Below are positions 1 through 10,285 of a DNA stretch of 64,000 nt, one piece after another. Under the pieces are notes generated by a model that saw only the letters and a list, made by a program, of their open reading frames with translations, was not told the origin of the DNA and did no database searches. The DNA is taken from contig CAZTJO010000006.1 in NCBI GenBank assembly GCA_964614095.1, positions 4,735-68,734 of the forward strand. The letters run 5' to 3'. The first letter of the stretch is position 1; each line of letters starts with the position of its first letter. The position numbers and the translations under genes were made by a program. This stretch comes from an uncultured Acidimicrobiia bacterium. GTDB lineage: Bacteria; Actinomycetota; Acidimicrobiia; Spongiisociales; UBA11373.

Positions 1-354
1 GATGCCGCGCAGCCGCTTGTCATGCAGAAGAGCGGCGGCATTGTGCAGGCGCAGGGTCCCGGCGTCGTCACGATGAGCGGCACCTGCCGCCCGCTCCACA
101 CAGCCCACCACAGTCGTCGTCTGCCCGGCCTTGGCGGCCAGGCGGTACACCGCCTCGGTGTTTGCACCCACAAACCCCTTGCGGAGCAGCAGATCTTGAG
201 GCGGGTAGCCGGTGATGGCCAACTCGGGAAGCAACAGCAGATCGGCCTGACAGCCTTCGGCCCACTCCATCGCCCCGGCGATTTGTTCTGCGTTTCCGTC
301 GATATCCCCGACGGTCGGATTGATCTGGGCACACGCCACACGGATGTAGTCCAT
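1..354 (-). CDS. nadE: Partial CDS with its 3' end outside the window: N-terminal CN-hydrolase domain of a glutamine-dependent NAD+ synthetase-like protein (MDYIRVACAQINPTVGDIDGNAEQI...)
   Basis: Translating the minus strand by hand from the ATG at 354 gives an open frame running to position 1 with the hallmark RxAxAQxNxTVGDxxGNA N-terminus of glutamine-dependent NadE (a CN-hydrolase). The gene is absent from the ORF track because it has no stop inside the window. Confidence 0.55.
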   Translation of the reverse strand, partial: MDYIRVACAQINPTVGDIDGNAEQIAGAMEWAEGCQADLLLLPELAITGYPPQDLLLRKGFVGANTEAVYRLAAKAGQTTTVVGCVERAAGAAHRDDAGTLRLHNAAALLHDKRLRGI

Positions 355-412
355 GACCGGAGAGTATCGCCTCGGCGGGCCCTTGCCGCCAGATTGCGTT
401 CGGAAGAACTCC

Positions 413-1213
413 CTAGGAGCGCCGCATGGATGCCACCAACTCCTCCACCGCCGCGGCAAGCGAGGTGCACGCAGTTCCCAGATCGGGCGCTTCCAGCACG
501 CGGCGCACCAGAGCCGATCCGACGATCACCCCATCGCCCATCTGTGCCGCCTCGTGTGCCGCCTCCGGTCCCGAGATGCCCACACCCAGCACCAGCGGGA
601 TATCAGTCGCCTGCCGGACCCGCGCCGCGAGACTCCCGGCGCGCCGGCTCGCCTTTCCCCGTTCGCCGGTAACCCCCATGTCGGCGATGCCATAGATAAA
701 GAGCGGATCGGCGGCCACCACCATCTGCAGCCTCTCATCCGGCGTCGTCGGGGCGACAAACAAGACCAGACCCAAACCGGCGCCGACCGCGGCCGCGCGG
801 ATCGGCCCACACTCGTCCACCGGCAAGTCGGCAACGATGAGGCCTACCGCGCCGGCCTCGGCCGCCAAGCCGGCAAAACGCTCCGCCCCCACCTGGAGCA
901 CCGGGTTGGTATAGGTCATGAGCAGGCAGGGCTTGCCCGTGCGCCGCGTCACCGCGCCCAGCACTTCCAGCCCTCTTCCCACCGTGGTCCCCGCGGCCAA
1001 TGCCGCGGCTCCGGCCCGCTGAATCACGGGGCCGTCCATGAGGGGATCCGCGTAGGGCAGGCCCACCTCGAAGCCATCGGCGCCGGCTTCGGCCATGGCC
1101 ACAAACAGTTCGGCTGATACCTCAGGACTCGGCACCCCGGCCATGAGGTAGGGCAGCAGCGCTGCCCGGTTCTCCGCCGCGGTCGTTTCGAAAAGGTCGG
1201 CGAGTCCGCTCAC
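413..1213 (-). CDS. trpA: Tryptophan synthase alpha subunit
   Basis: ORF 413..1321 contains [22 protein letters not shown]...[22 protein letters not shown], typical TrpA motifs. A GTG at 1213 overlaps the trpB stop as GTGA, implying translational coupling. Confidence 0.9.
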   Translation of the reverse strand: MSGLADLFETTAAENRAALLPYLMAGVPSPEVSAELFVAMAEAGADGFEVGLPYADPLMDGPVIQRAGAAALAAGTTVGRGLEVLGAVTRRTGKPCLLMTYTNPVLQVGAERFAGLAAEAGAVGLIVADLPVDECGPIRAAAVGAGLGLVLFVAPTTPDERLQMVVAADPLFIYGIADMGVTGERGKASRRAGSLAARVRQATDIPLVLGVGISGPEAAHEAAQMGDGVIVGSALVRRVLEAPDLGTACTSLAAAVEELVASMRRS

Positions 1214-2385
1214 AGCTCGCCTCGCCGGGCCGCCACCTGTTGCACGTCCTTGTCGCCACGACCCGACAGACACAGCACCACCGTCTTGCCGGCAAACGAT
1301 GCCCTCTCCTTCGACAGCCACGCCAAGGCATGTGCCGGCTCGAGCGCCGGGATGATTCCCTCGGTCCGCGACAGAAGATCCATGCCTCTAAGCGCCTCCT
1401 CATCCGTCACCGACACGTAGCGAGCGATCCCAATGTCCTTGAAATACGCGTGCTCGGGGCCAACACCCGGATAATCGAGACCGGCCGAGATCGAGTGCGC
1501 CTCGCGGATCTGCCCCTCCTTGTCCTGGAGCAGGTAGGTATGGGCCCCATGGAGAACTCCCGGCGTTCCCGCGCCGAGCGAGGCGCCGTGCCGGCCGGTC
1601 TCGATGCCGTATCCGCCCGCCTCCACCCCGATCAGCTCCACGTCCATCCCGGTGAACGGATAGAACATGCCCATGGCGTTGGAGCCGCCGCCGACACATG
1701 CCACGACACAGTCGGGCAGCCCTCCGCCCAGCTGGGCGATGGTCTCATCGCCGATAACCCTCTGCAGCTCCCGGACCATCCACGGGAACGGATGCGGACC
1801 GACAACCGATCCGAGTATGTAGTGGGTGGTCTCCACCGTCGCCACCCAATCACGCAGTGCCTCGCTGGTGGCGTCCTTGAGGGTCGCCGCCCCGGACGTC
1901 ACCGGGATCACCTCCGCACCCAGCATGCGCATGCGGTACACGTTGGGAGCTTGACGCTCGACATCGACGGTGCCCATATACACGGCACACTCGATGCCGA
2001 GAAGAGCGGCCGCCGTGGCCGTGGCCACCCCGTGCTGGCCGGCGCCGGTCTCGGCGATCACGCGCGGCTTGCCCATACGCTGAGCCAGCAAACCCTGGCC
2101 CAAGGTGTTGTTGATCTTGTGGGCCCCGGTGTGCGCCAGATCCTCCCGCTTCACCAGGAGACGAAACCCGAGCTCCTCGGACAGGCGTCCCGCCTCGTAG
2201 AGAGGGGTGGGGCGTCCTACGTAATCGCGCAGCAGGCCGTCGAGGCGGCCCCGGAATTCGGGATCGGCCCATGCTTCCTCAAAAGCGACCTCAAGCTGCT
2301 CGAGAGCCGCCATAAGCGTCTCCGGGGCAAAACGCCCCCCGTATTCCCCAAAACGCCCGCGCTCGTCGGGCCGCGGCATCACCAT
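1210..2385 (-). CDS. trpB: Tryptophan synthase beta subunit
   Basis: [24 protein letters not shown]... with HTGAHKINN and [11 protein letters not shown]-enzyme motifs. The start is taken at the internal MVMP of the long ORF 1210..2631. Confidence 0.93.
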   Translation of the reverse strand: MVMPRPDERGRFGEYGGRFAPETLMAALEQLEVAFEEAWADPEFRGRLDGLLRDYVGRPTPLYEAGRLSEELGFRLLVKREDLAHTGAHKINNTLGQGLLAQRMGKPRVIAETGAGQHGVATATAAALLGIECAVYMGTVDVERQAPNVYRMRMLGAEVIPVTSGAATLKDATSEALRDWVATVETTHYILGSVVGPHPFPWMVRELQRVIGDETIAQLGGGLPDCVVACVGGGSNAMGMFYPFTGMDVELIGVEAGGYGIETGRHGASLGAGTPGVLHGAHTYLLQDKEGQIREAHSISAGLDYPGVGPEHAYFKDIGIARYVSVTDEEALRGMDLLSRTEGIIPALEPAHALAWLSKERASFAGKTVVLCLSGRGDKDVQQVAARRGEL

Positions 2386-2978
2386 CGTGTCGCCTCCACG
2401 AACTGCTCCATCTTCGCATGGTCCTTGACCCCCGGCGCCGTCTCGATGCCGGAGGCGACATCCACACCCCATGGTTTGGCTGCGGCCAGGGCACCGGCAA
2501 CGTTCTCCGGCGTCAAGCCCCCAGCGATCACGACGTGGCGGCCGCATCCGGCGGTCAGCGTCCAGTCGAAGCTGCGACCGCTGCCGCCGTGGCGGCCGGG
2601 AACGGCGGTGTCGAGAATTGGCACCGCCCAATCCGGGACCTGAGTCAGGTGCAGCCGGCGGCCCACCCGAACCGGGAACAGCACCCGCAGTCCCACCGAG
2701 AACGCGGCCTCCGCCGCTTCGACGGCATGGCGCCCGTGCGGCTGAACTCCGGTCACCCCGGCTTCTCTCGCCGAAGCCAGAAGACCCTCAGGCTCCAGAT
2801 CCACGCTCACCAAAAAACGTTCAACGGCCACACCCGAGCCCAGCTCGGCGGCTTCGGCCGGGCTCACCCGGCGAGGCGACTCCGCGGCGATCACAAACCC
2901 CACCGCATCCACTCCCAACTCAGCGGCCGCCTCCACGTCGCGTCGCCGTGTCATACCGCAGAGCTTCACCCACGTCAT
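2379..2978 (-). CDS. trpF: Phosphoribosylanthranilate isomerase
   Basis: [38 protein letters not shown] matches TrpF (KxCGxT ... SPR). Its start overlaps the trpC stop as ATGA. Confidence 0.85.
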   Translation of the reverse strand: MTWVKLCGMTRRRDVEAAAELGVDAVGFVIAAESPRRVSPAEAAELGSGVAVERFLVSVDLEPEGLLASAREAGVTGVQPHGRHAVEAAEAAFSVGLRVLFPVRVGRRLHLTQVPDWAVPILDTAVPGRHGGSGRSFDWTLTAGCGRHVVIAGGLTPENVAGALAAAKPWGVDVASGIETAPGVKDHAKMEQFVEATRW

Positions 2979-3745
2979 CGGCCCGCCCCCCGCAGCCGGG
3001 CAACAAGCGCCGCCGGTTCCGGCGACCGCACCAGCGCCTCTCCGACGAGGATGGCGTCATAGCCGGCGGCGGCCATCCGAGCCGCCCCCTCCGGTGACGA
3101 GACCCCGCTCTCCGCCACCGCGGTCACATCCGGGGGAAACAAGCGGCGCAATCTCTCCGCGGTGCCGAGGTCGACCGCGAACGTACCTAGATCGCGGTTG
3201 TTGACCCCAATCAGCTCCACTTCGAAAGCGGCAAGGCGCCGCGCCTCCTCCTCGGAATGCACTTCGACAAGCGCAACCACTTTGGCGGCCCCGGCCTCGG
3301 CAAGCAGGGCGCCCAGGGTGTCATCGTCGAGCACGGCGGCGATCAAGAGCACCGCATCGGCGCCGGCCGCAGCCGCCTGCCACACCTGAGCCGGATGCAA
3401 GAGAAATCCTTTGCAGAGAACGGGCAGCCCCGATGCTTCACGGGCCAGCTCCAGGTCCTCGAAGCTGCCCCCGAAGTGGTCGGGTTCGGTCAACACCGAA
3501 AGACAGGATGCGCCGCCATCACGGTACGCGCTGGCTCTGGCGGCAACATCGAGGCCCAGATCGATGGGCCCCGCCGAGGGGGAACGCCGCTTGATCTCGG
3601 CGATCACCGACAGCCCGGAAGTGGTGAGCGACGCCACGAAGTCTCGGTGGTCAACGCGTCGCCGGGCGCGGGCCCGCAGCTCGTCTTCGGCGTCGATCAC
3701 CTCGCCGAGGCGCGCACGCACCGACTGCAGGATTGCCTCCAGCAT
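2975..3745 (-). CDS. trpC: Indole-3-glycerol phosphate synthase
   Basis: IAEIKRRSPSAG..LCKGFLLHPAQVW..IGVNNRDLGTF are typical IGPS motifs. Confidence 0.9.
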   Translation of the reverse strand: MLEAILQSVRARLGEVIDAEDELRARARRRVDHRDFVASLTTSGLSVIAEIKRRSPSAGPIDLGLDVAARASAYRDGGASCLSVLTEPDHFGGSFEDLELAREASGLPVLCKGFLLHPAQVWQAAAAGADAVLLIAAVLDDDTLGALLAEAGAAKVVALVEVHSEEEARRLAAFEVELIGVNNRDLGTFAVDLGTAERLRRLFPPDVTAVAESGVSSPEGAARMAAAGYDAILVGEALVRSPEPAALVARLRGAGR

Positions 3746-3774
3746 GGCGCCATCGTAGATGCAGGGAGGGAGGC

Positions 3775-5184
3775 CTACGATGGGGGCGGCGCCACCGGCA
3801 CGACCACCGAGACGGTGGTGCCCTTGCCCGGCTCGCTGTCGACCTCGGCAAAACCTCCCATCGCCCTGGCCAATTCGGCAACGATGGCCAAGCCCAACCC
3901 GGATCCCTCGGCACGCACCGGCCGGTAGTGCTGAGCCACGTAGAGCCGCTCGAAGATGCGGGGCAAATCCTCGGGCTCGATGCCGGAGCCGGTGTCGGAG
4001 ACGGCGATGCGGACGTACCCGCCCTCCTCCGTCAGCACGACCCGCACCCGGCCCGGCGCCGGCGTATACCTAAGGGCGTTCTCCACTAGGTTCCCTACCA
4101 CCTGATCAAGACGATCCGGGTCGATAACGGCCTCGGCTTCGGCGAGATCGGCTTCGAGGCCTACGCCGGCCTCATCGGCCTTGATCCGAAAAGCTTCAAT
4201 GGTCTCCCTGAGGTGACCGGACAAGGCGACCCGCTCGGGACGCAGGCTGAACTCCCGGGATTCGATCCGTGACAGGAGCATCAGGTCTTCGACGAGCCGG
4301 CCCAGGCGACCCGACTCGCGGTGGATGATCGAAGCCACTCGGGCCCAGTCATTCTCCGGCACGCGTCCCTCGGCCAGGGCCTCGCCGTACCCGGAAATGG
4401 TGGTGAGCGGAGTCCGGAGATCGTGGCTGACGCTGACGAGGAACTCCCTCTCCCGGCGCCGCGCCTCCTCGAGTTGTCTCCCCATCTCATTGAACGCCTC
4501 GGCCACCTCACCGATCTCATCCTTGATCTCGACCGGGGCCCGAGCCGTTAGGTCGCCGGTGGCGAGGCGGCGCGATGCATCGCGCAATCCGTCGAGCCGC
4601 TTCGCTAGAAAGCGGGACAGATAGCCGGCCAGAAGCGCCGCCAGCAGGATCCCCAGGGCGATCGCCCAGAGGAAAGGCACCAGAACGTCGGTCCACGGCA
4701 CCAACTCCAGATCGGTGCCGATCACCACAACAACCGTGCCCAGCGGCCGCGAGGGCAGCGCAAAAGCGAAGGCGGCGACTTCCTCACCGTCGACTTCGGC
4801 CGTGAAATGGATGCGCCCCTCCAGATCGACCACCCCTCCCGGCACCTGATCGATCAGCACCGAATCCCCTCCCACCGCGGTGACCCCCTCGCGGGGGCCC
4901 ACCACGGCCGCCTCCACGTAGTCGTGCCCACCCACCGACCGCACGATGGCGAGCAGCTGGCCCAGGTTGTGTACGGGAATGACGGGCCGCTCCATCTCAC
5001 CTTCGGGCGGCGCCTCCCGGAGCGACGTTTCAATGAGCCCGGCAGTCGCCTCGGCCTGCCTGGTGAACTCATCGCGGGCCGAATCCTCCACCGAACGATT
5101 GATCAGGATGGCTGCGGCGACCCCGCCGATGCTCAACGTGACCAAAGCGACAGCCACCAGTGACCAGAAGAACCGCCTGCGCAT
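3775..5184 (-). CDS. Sensor histidine kinase with two transmembrane segments, HAMP, HisKA and HATPase domains
   Basis: The start is taken at MRRRFFWSLVAVALV. The H-box is SHDLRTPLT and the G-boxes are VSDTGSGI and GGLGLAIV. It lies 2 bp downstream of the response regulator. Confidence 0.85.
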   Translation of the reverse strand: MRRRFFWSLVAVALVTLSIGGVAAAILINRSVEDSARDEFTRQAEATAGLIETSLREAPPEGEMERPVIPVHNLGQLLAIVRSVGGHDYVEAAVVGPREGVTAVGGDSVLIDQVPGGVVDLEGRIHFTAEVDGEEVAAFAFALPSRPLGTVVVVIGTDLELVPWTDVLVPFLWAIALGILLAALLAGYLSRFLAKRLDGLRDASRRLATGDLTARAPVEIKDEIGEVAEAFNEMGRQLEEARRREREFLVSVSHDLRTPLTTISGYGEALAEGRVPENDWARVASIIHRESGRLGRLVEDLMLLSRIESREFSLRPERVALSGHLRETIEAFRIKADEAGVGLEADLAEAEAVIDPDRLDQVVGNLVENALRYTPAPGRVRVVLTEEGGYVRIAVSDTGSGIEPEDLPRIFERLYVAQHYRPVRAEGSGLGLAIVAELARAMGGFAEVDSEPGKGTTVSVVVPVAPPPS

Positions 5185-5186
5185 CT

Positions 5187-5879
5187 CTAGTCGCTCATCT
5201 TGTATCCGACACCCCAGACCGTCTCGATGGGGATGCCCTCGAGCTTCTTGCGTAGCTGGCGCACGTGCACGTCGACGGTACGGGTCTCCCCGAAATAGTC
5301 GTAGCCCCACACTGCCTCGAGAATCTGGGCCCGAGACAGCACCAGGCCCCGGTTCTCCGCCAAGTACCAGAGCAGATCGAATTCCCGGGCTGTCGGACTC
5401 GCCATATCTCCGTCCGGGGTCTGCACCTGGCGCCGGCCACTGTCGATCTTCCACTCCCCAAGCTCGATGACGGCAGGCGCCCTCGGCACCTCCTCAGCGC
5501 GGCGCAGCACGGCCCGCACCCGGGCCACCAGCTCCCGCGGCGAGAACGGTTTGGTCACGTAGTCGTCGGCGCCTATCTCGAGTCCGACGATCTTGTCGAT
5601 CTCGGTGTCGCGCGCCGTAAGCATGATCACCGGCACGTCGCTGGAAGCCCGAATGCGCCGGCACACCTCGATGCCGTCCATGCCGGGGAGGCCCAGGTCG
5701 AGAAGCACCAGGCGCGGACTGCGGTCGCGCACCGCCTCCAGACCGGATTCGCCGTCGGTGGCGTGGACCAGCCTGAGGCCTTCTTGCTCGAAGTACATGC
5801 GGACGAGGTCGGCAATAGCCTCCTCGTCCTCGATCAGAAGCACGGTCCCCCTGGTGCTCACTCTGCCTCCTTCCGCCAC
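5187..5879 (-). CDS. OmpR/PhoB-family response regulator
   Basis: Receiver domain (LLIEDEEAIADL...LLDLGLPGMDG) followed by a winged-helix output domain (REFDLLWYLAENRGLVLSRAQILEAVWG...VDVHVRQLRKKL). Confidence 0.9.
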   Translation of the reverse strand: MAEGGRVSTRGTVLLIEDEEAIADLVRMYFEQEGLRLVHATDGESGLEAVRDRSPRLVLLDLGLPGMDGIEVCRRIRASSDVPVIMLTARDTEIDKIVGLEIGADDYVTKPFSPRELVARVRAVLRRAEEVPRAPAVIELGEWKIDSGRRQVQTPDGDMASPTAREFDLLWYLAENRGLVLSRAQILEAVWGYDYFGETRTVDVHVRQLRKKLEGIPIETVWGVGYKMSD

Positions 5880-5908
5880 ATCATCACCCAGGAAATGTTC
5901 GAGGACTG

Positions 5909-5930
5909 TTAGAGCGGGGAGAAAACGCCC
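5909..5930 (-). terminator. Possible intrinsic terminator downstream of trpE: the palindrome CGCCCCGGGGCG followed by UUUUCUC on the minus strand
   Basis: The plus strand reads gaaaacgccccggggcggtggc. The hairpin is short and the stem is weak. Confidence 0.25.
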
Positions 5931-5988
5931 CGGGGCGGTGGCATGGATGATCGTTGGGACGAGAGTAGGCGTATGTTCGGGTGGGCGC

Positions 5989-7452
5989 TCAGACCAGGCC
6001 CGAGCCTTCGATCGCGGCCAAAAGCGCCGCCGCCTTGTTCAGGCACTCGAGATACTCGCGGTCGGGCTTGCTGTCGGCCACTACTCCCGCCCCGGCCTGA
6101 ACCCAGGCCTTTCCGTCGGCGGCGACCATCGTGCGCAGGGCAATGGCGGTGTCCAGGTTGCCCGAGAAATCGATGTACCCGGCCGCCCCGGCGTAGGGTC
6201 CTCGCGCCACCGGCTCCAGCTCATCGATGATCTCCATGGCCCGCACCTTGGGAGCGCCCGATACCGTGCCGTGCGGGAAGGTGGCCCGCAAGACATCGAC
6301 GGGCCCCACCCCATCTCGCAGGTCACCGGACACTCCCGAGACGATGTGCATAACATGCGAGTAGCGCTCGATGACCATCAGATCGTCGACGTTCACCGTC
6401 CCGTATTCACACACCCGGCCCAGGTCGTTTCGGGCCAGATCGACAAGCATCACGTGCTCGGCTCGCTCCTTGGGATCGGCCAGCAGCTCCGCTTCCAGGG
6501 CATCGTCGGCGGCGGCGTCGCCGCCCCGGGGCCGGGTCCCCGCTATGGGACGGCTGAAGACCCTGCCTGCATGCGCTCGCACCATCAGCTCCGGTGAGCA
6601 CCCGGCGATGCAGAGGCCGTCGTAGCGCAGGAAGAACATGTACGGCGACGGGTTGACAAGACGAAGGGACCGGTAGACGGCAAAGGGATCGCCGGCAAAC
6701 GGCACCTCGAGCCGTAGCGACGGCACTATCTGAAAAGCGTCGCCGGCTTCGATGTAGCGGATCGCCTGCGCCACCGCCGTTTCGAAGGCCGGCTGATCCA
6801 TGGTCGACACCGCTTCGGGGATATCGGCGAATGCGGGCCGGGGCGCCACCATCGTGGGGAAACTCCCCGATAGATCAGCGACAGCTCGCTCCAGGTGGGC
6901 GATGGCGGCGTCGTAGTCGGAAGCCGGGTCTGTGCCGACCAGCACGTTGCGAATGAGCTTGACGGTCTGACGGAAACGGTCGAGGGCGGCCAGTGATCCC
7001 ACCGCCTGCCAGGCCATCTCGGGCAGGCCGCGGTCGTCGGGAGGCCGGTGGGGAAGGTGCTCCACATAACGCACCGCGTCGTACGACAGATAGCCGACGA
7101 GGCCGGCGTACAACGGGGGCATATCGGGCAGATTGGGCGTCCGGAATCGACCCACCACGCCGTCGAGAATCTCGAGAGGGTCTTTCGCCGGCAGATCGAC
7201 GGCGCTACCGGCGGTGGCGACACCGTCACGGGAGCTGAGGATGAAGAGGGGATCCCAGCCGACAAACGACCATCGGGCCCAGCGCTCCCCTCCCTCCACG
7301 GACTCCAAAAGAAAGGCGGGCCCGTCGCCGGTCAGCTTCTCGAACACCGAGACCGGCGTGTCTCGATCCCCCAGCACCTCGAGGCACACCGGCACAATGG
7401 GGTACTCGGCGGCAAGCCGAATGAATTCTTGGCGTGACGGGGTGGGCTGCAC
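5989..7452 (-). CDS. trpE: Anthranilate synthase component I
   Basis: 487 aa with chorismate-binding motifs (LESVEGGERWARWSF, GAAGYIDFSGNLDTAIALRT, GAGVVADS). Confidence 0.92.
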   Translation of the reverse strand: MQPTPSRQEFIRLAAEYPIVPVCLEVLGDRDTPVSVFEKLTGDGPAFLLESVEGGERWARWSFVGWDPLFILSSRDGVATAGSAVDLPAKDPLEILDGVVGRFRTPNLPDMPPLYAGLVGYLSYDAVRYVEHLPHRPPDDRGLPEMAWQAVGSLAALDRFRQTVKLIRNVLVGTDPASDYDAAIAHLERAVADLSGSFPTMVAPRPAFADIPEAVSTMDQPAFETAVAQAIRYIEAGDAFQIVPSLRLEVPFAGDPFAVYRSLRLVNPSPYMFFLRYDGLCIAGCSPELMVRAHAGRVFSRPIAGTRPRGGDAAADDALEAELLADPKERAEHVMLVDLARNDLGRVCEYGTVNVDDLMVIERYSHVMHIVSGVSGDLRDGVGPVDVLRATFPHGTVSGAPKVRAMEIIDELEPVARGPYAGAAGYIDFSGNLDTAIALRTMVAADGKAWVQAGAGVVADSKPDREYLECLNKAAALLAAIEGSGLV

Positions 7453-7482
7453 GTCGCCAGGCTAACCCGGCGCCCGCAACGT

Positions 7483-8247
7483 TCAGCCGTCCCAGGGGAA
7501 CGCGGGCAGGTTGTTCTGGAACCAGCTGTTGAGCTCGTTGAGCTCGCCGGTCACCATCAGCACACCAAAGCCGGCCAGCAGCAGCCCGGAGACGACCGTG
7601 ATCGGCCTGGCGTGGCGACGCAGCCAGGCGAACAAGCCCAGCGCCTTGCTCATGCCGAGGCCCGCCAGGACAAAGGGAAGGCCGAGGCCCAGGGAGAACA
7701 CGGCCAGCAGGACCATGCCCTCGGCCGTGCTCGCCGAGCCGGAGCCGGCGGCAATGGTAAAGATGCTGGCCAATGCCGGGCCGATACACGGGGTCCAGGC
7801 GAAACCAAAAGCGGCGCCCATGACCGGAGGGGCCCAGGCGCCCAGCCGTGACGGGCGTACCTCAACACGACGTTCCTGCATTAACGGCAGGAAAAAGCGT
7901 GGCGTCCATACTGCGGTGACGGCGAGAAAGATGCCCATGGCGATCACGAACCCGCCCCCAATCTTGGTGAAGGTGCCCCTATTCGTGCTGAACAGATTCC
8001 CGCCGATGCTGCCGGCGCCGGCCCCCAGGGCCACAAACACCACGGTGAAGCCCGCCACGAACAGCAGGGTCACCCGCAGCATGCGGCCGGTGGTCGCCTT
8101 GCCTTCAGCAATGTCGACCGCCGAGTACCCCGACATCATGCTCAGATATCCGGGCAGGAGCGGCAGCACACACGGCGAGAGGAAAGCGAGGGCTCCAAAA
8201 CCAAAAGCGGCCAGGAGGCTGAACAAGTTGAGGCTGCTGATTTCCAC
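7483..8247 (-). CDS. ccdA: CcdA/DsbD-family thiol-disulfide transporter (cytochrome c biogenesis protein CcdA-like membrane protein)
   Basis: FLSPCVLPLLPGYLS and WTPCIGPALASI are the two conserved Cys-containing transmembrane motifs. The start is uncertain; the GTG at 8247 precedes the first transmembrane helix. Confidence 0.75.
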   Translation of the reverse strand: MEISSLNLFSLLAAFGFGALAFLSPCVLPLLPGYLSMMSGYSAVDIAEGKATTGRMLRVTLLFVAGFTVVFVALGAGAGSIGGNLFSTNRGTFTKIGGGFVIAMGIFLAVTAVWTPRFFLPLMQERRVEVRPSRLGAWAPPVMGAAFGFAWTPCIGPALASIFTIAAGSGSASTAEGMVLLAVFSLGLGLPFVLAGLGMSKALGLFAWLRRHARPITVVSGLLLAGFGVLMVTGELNELNSWFQNNLPAFPWDG

Positions 8248-8345
8248 GGGCTCCGCCGGTGTCGCAACGGTCAACGGTATCGAGAGCCCGGATGTTCCCA
8301 GTAACCTCGCCCGGTGATGGCACAACCCCACGCCGATCGGTGACC

Positions 8346-9617
8346 ATGGCGCTCCTAGACCCGCTGCGGCCTCCGGCACTTCTGGGACGCCACCAGATCC
8401 GAGTGCTCGCGCTGCTCGGCACGATCGCGTTTGGGCAGGGGTGGTCCGGCAACGTCCTCACCCACACCCTTCCGTTCACTCAGGAAAGTTTCGGGCTCAG
8501 CGACGGCGGTGTTGCCGGGTTCGAAGTCGTGATACGCGCGGTGGCACTGCTGGCCCTGGCCCTGTCCTGGTGGGGTGACCGCCGCGGCCGGCGGGCACCC
8601 CTGCTGCTCGCCTTTTTCGTCTTGCCCGCAGCCAACCTGGCCACCGCCTTTGCCCCCTCCCTGGCCGTGTTCGCCCTACTCCAGTCGGTGGCCCGCATCG
8701 GCAACATCGCCATCGGCGCCCTGGCTCTAGTTGTCCTCACCGAACAGATCGACCCGGAGGTGCGCGGATACGCCGCCGCCGTCTTTTCACTCTTCGTCAG
8801 CATGGGAGTCGGCTTCGGGCTGCTGCTGTCGCGGTTCGCCGAGGTGAACCAGGAAGCCTGGCGCATCCTGTTCGGCGTTGGTGCGACGCCGCTCCTGTTC
8901 TTCCCACTGGTCCTCATCCACCTGAAGGAGTCCCGCGCCTTCCGTGGCAGGCCCTCCCGTCCCAGCCTGATGGCGGCGCTGCGCGGCGGCTCACGTCGCC
9001 GCTTTTGGCCCATGGCCGGCATCTCCTTCTGCGTTGCCGCCCTTGCCGGAGTGGCCGCAAACTTCATCCTCATCCGGCTCAACAACCACCTGGGATGGGA
9101 CCAAGGGACGGCATCGATCATGCTCGTCCTCACCAGCTCCCCGGCCGTCCTGCTGGGTCTCCTCGCGGGCGGGCGCTCCGCCGATGTCGTGGGCCGCCGG
9201 CCCACCGAAGTGGCAGCCATGTTCATCGGGGTCGCCGGCGCCTTCTTGTTCTACTTTTCGGAGGTGTCCTGGGTGATGGGCCTGGGCATTTTTGTTTCAC
9301 TCACCGGCACCTCGGCGTTTGCTCCGGCTTTTGCCGCCCAGCGCTCCGAGTTGTTCCCCACCGCCTTCCGCTCGTCCGCCGCAGCCTGGTTGAGCAACGT
9401 CGGGATACTGGGGTCCCTTACCGGCTTTGCCGTCAGCTACTTCATCATCGACTCCATCGGCCTGCCCACCACCGTCGGAATCATCGGGGCGGTCGTGCTC
9501 GCCTCGACCTCTCTCGTCTACCTGCTCCCGGAGACACGCGGCGCCGACATCATCACCGAGCCCTCCATCACTCAGGAGAACGGGGCTCAGGAGGACGGGC
9601 CTCCCTTTTCCAGGTAG
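8346..9617 (+). CDS. MFS transporter
   Basis: About 12 predicted transmembrane helices with a GRRP-like motif (DRRGRRAPLL and ADVVGRRPTE). The start is taken at MALLDPL. Confidence 0.7.
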   Translation: MALLDPLRPPALLGRHQIRVLALLGTIAFGQGWSGNVLTHTLPFTQESFGLSDGGVAGFEVVIRAVALLALALSWWGDRRGRRAPLLLAFFVLPAANLATAFAPSLAVFALLQSVARIGNIAIGALALVVLTEQIDPEVRGYAAAVFSLFVSMGVGFGLLLSRFAEVNQEAWRILFGVGATPLLFFPLVLIHLKESRAFRGRPSRPSLMAALRGGSRRRFWPMAGISFCVAALAGVAANFILIRLNNHLGWDQGTASIMLVLTSSPAVLLGLLAGGRSADVVGRRPTEVAAMFIGVAGAFLFYFSEVSWVMGLGIFVSLTGTSAFAPAFAAQRSELFPTAFRSSAAAWLSNVGILGSLTGFAVSYFIIDSIGLPTTVGIIGAVVLASTSLVYLLPETRGADIITEPSITQENGAQEDGPPFSR

Positions 9618-10249
9618 GGACACAATTCGGCCAGGTCGCACTCCCAGCACCGCGGCCTGCGCGCCTGGCACACTTCGCGGCCGAATTGGATAAAACGCAT
9701 GGAGACGCCGGCCCACTCCCGCTCCGGGTACAGGGAGCGCAAGTCGAACTCGATCTTTGCCGGATCTTTCTCGACGCTGAGCCCCAGCCGGCGACACACA
9801 CGTTTCACATGCGTGTCGACCGCAATGGCCGGGCTCCCAAAGGCCTCGGCGAGCACCACACTCGCCGTCTTGCGGCCCACACCATGGAGGGTGACGAGCG
9901 CGTCGAGGTCCCGGGGAACCACACCGGCGAAACGCTCGTTCAGATCGCGGCTCAGCTTGATGATGGCCTCGGTCTTGGCTCGGTAGTAGCCGGTCGAATA
10001 GACCACCTGCTCCACCGCCTCGGGATCAGCTGCGGCGAGATCCACCGGCGTGGGCCACCGCTCGAACAGGATCGGGGTGACTCGATTGACGTTCTCGTCG
10101 GTGGTCTGAGCGCTGAGCACCGTGGCCACCAGCAGTTGCCAAGGTTCAACGTAGTCCAGAGCGGTGTCGATCTCCGAGTAGCGCCGCTTCAGGCGTCCCA
10201 GAACGGTTCGGGCCCGACGGCGCACCAGGCTCGACGGGGTATCCACCAT
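9587..10249 (-). CDS. nth: Endonuclease III
   Basis: HhH-GPD motif LVTLHGVGRKTASVVL and the 4Fe-4S cysteine cluster CQARRPRCWECDLAELC. Confidence 0.9.
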   Translation of the reverse strand: MVDTPSSLVRRRARTVLGRLKRRYSEIDTALDYVEPWQLLVATVLSAQTTDENVNRVTPILFERWPTPVDLAAADPEAVEQVVYSTGYYRAKTEAIIKLSRDLNERFAGVVPRDLDALVTLHGVGRKTASVVLAEAFGSPAIAVDTHVKRVCRRLGLSVEKDPAKIEFDLRSLYPEREWAGVSMRFIQFGREVCQARRPRCWECDLAELCPYLEKGGPSS

Positions 10250-10285
10250 AAGAAGGCATGCTAGGTCGAGTACCCTCCATTCGCC

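Noticed and set aside
22-672. 216-aa ORF on the plus strand at the window start
   Set aside because: The real coding information here is on the minus strand: the nadE-like N-terminus at 1-354 and trpA from 413. The plus-frame product is proline/arginine-rich nonsense.
8248-8345. Search for a Trp-rich leader peptide or attenuator upstream of the ccdA-trpE unit
   Set aside because: Neither strand of the region has a short ORF with tandem Trp codons, and no terminator or antiterminator pair was seen.
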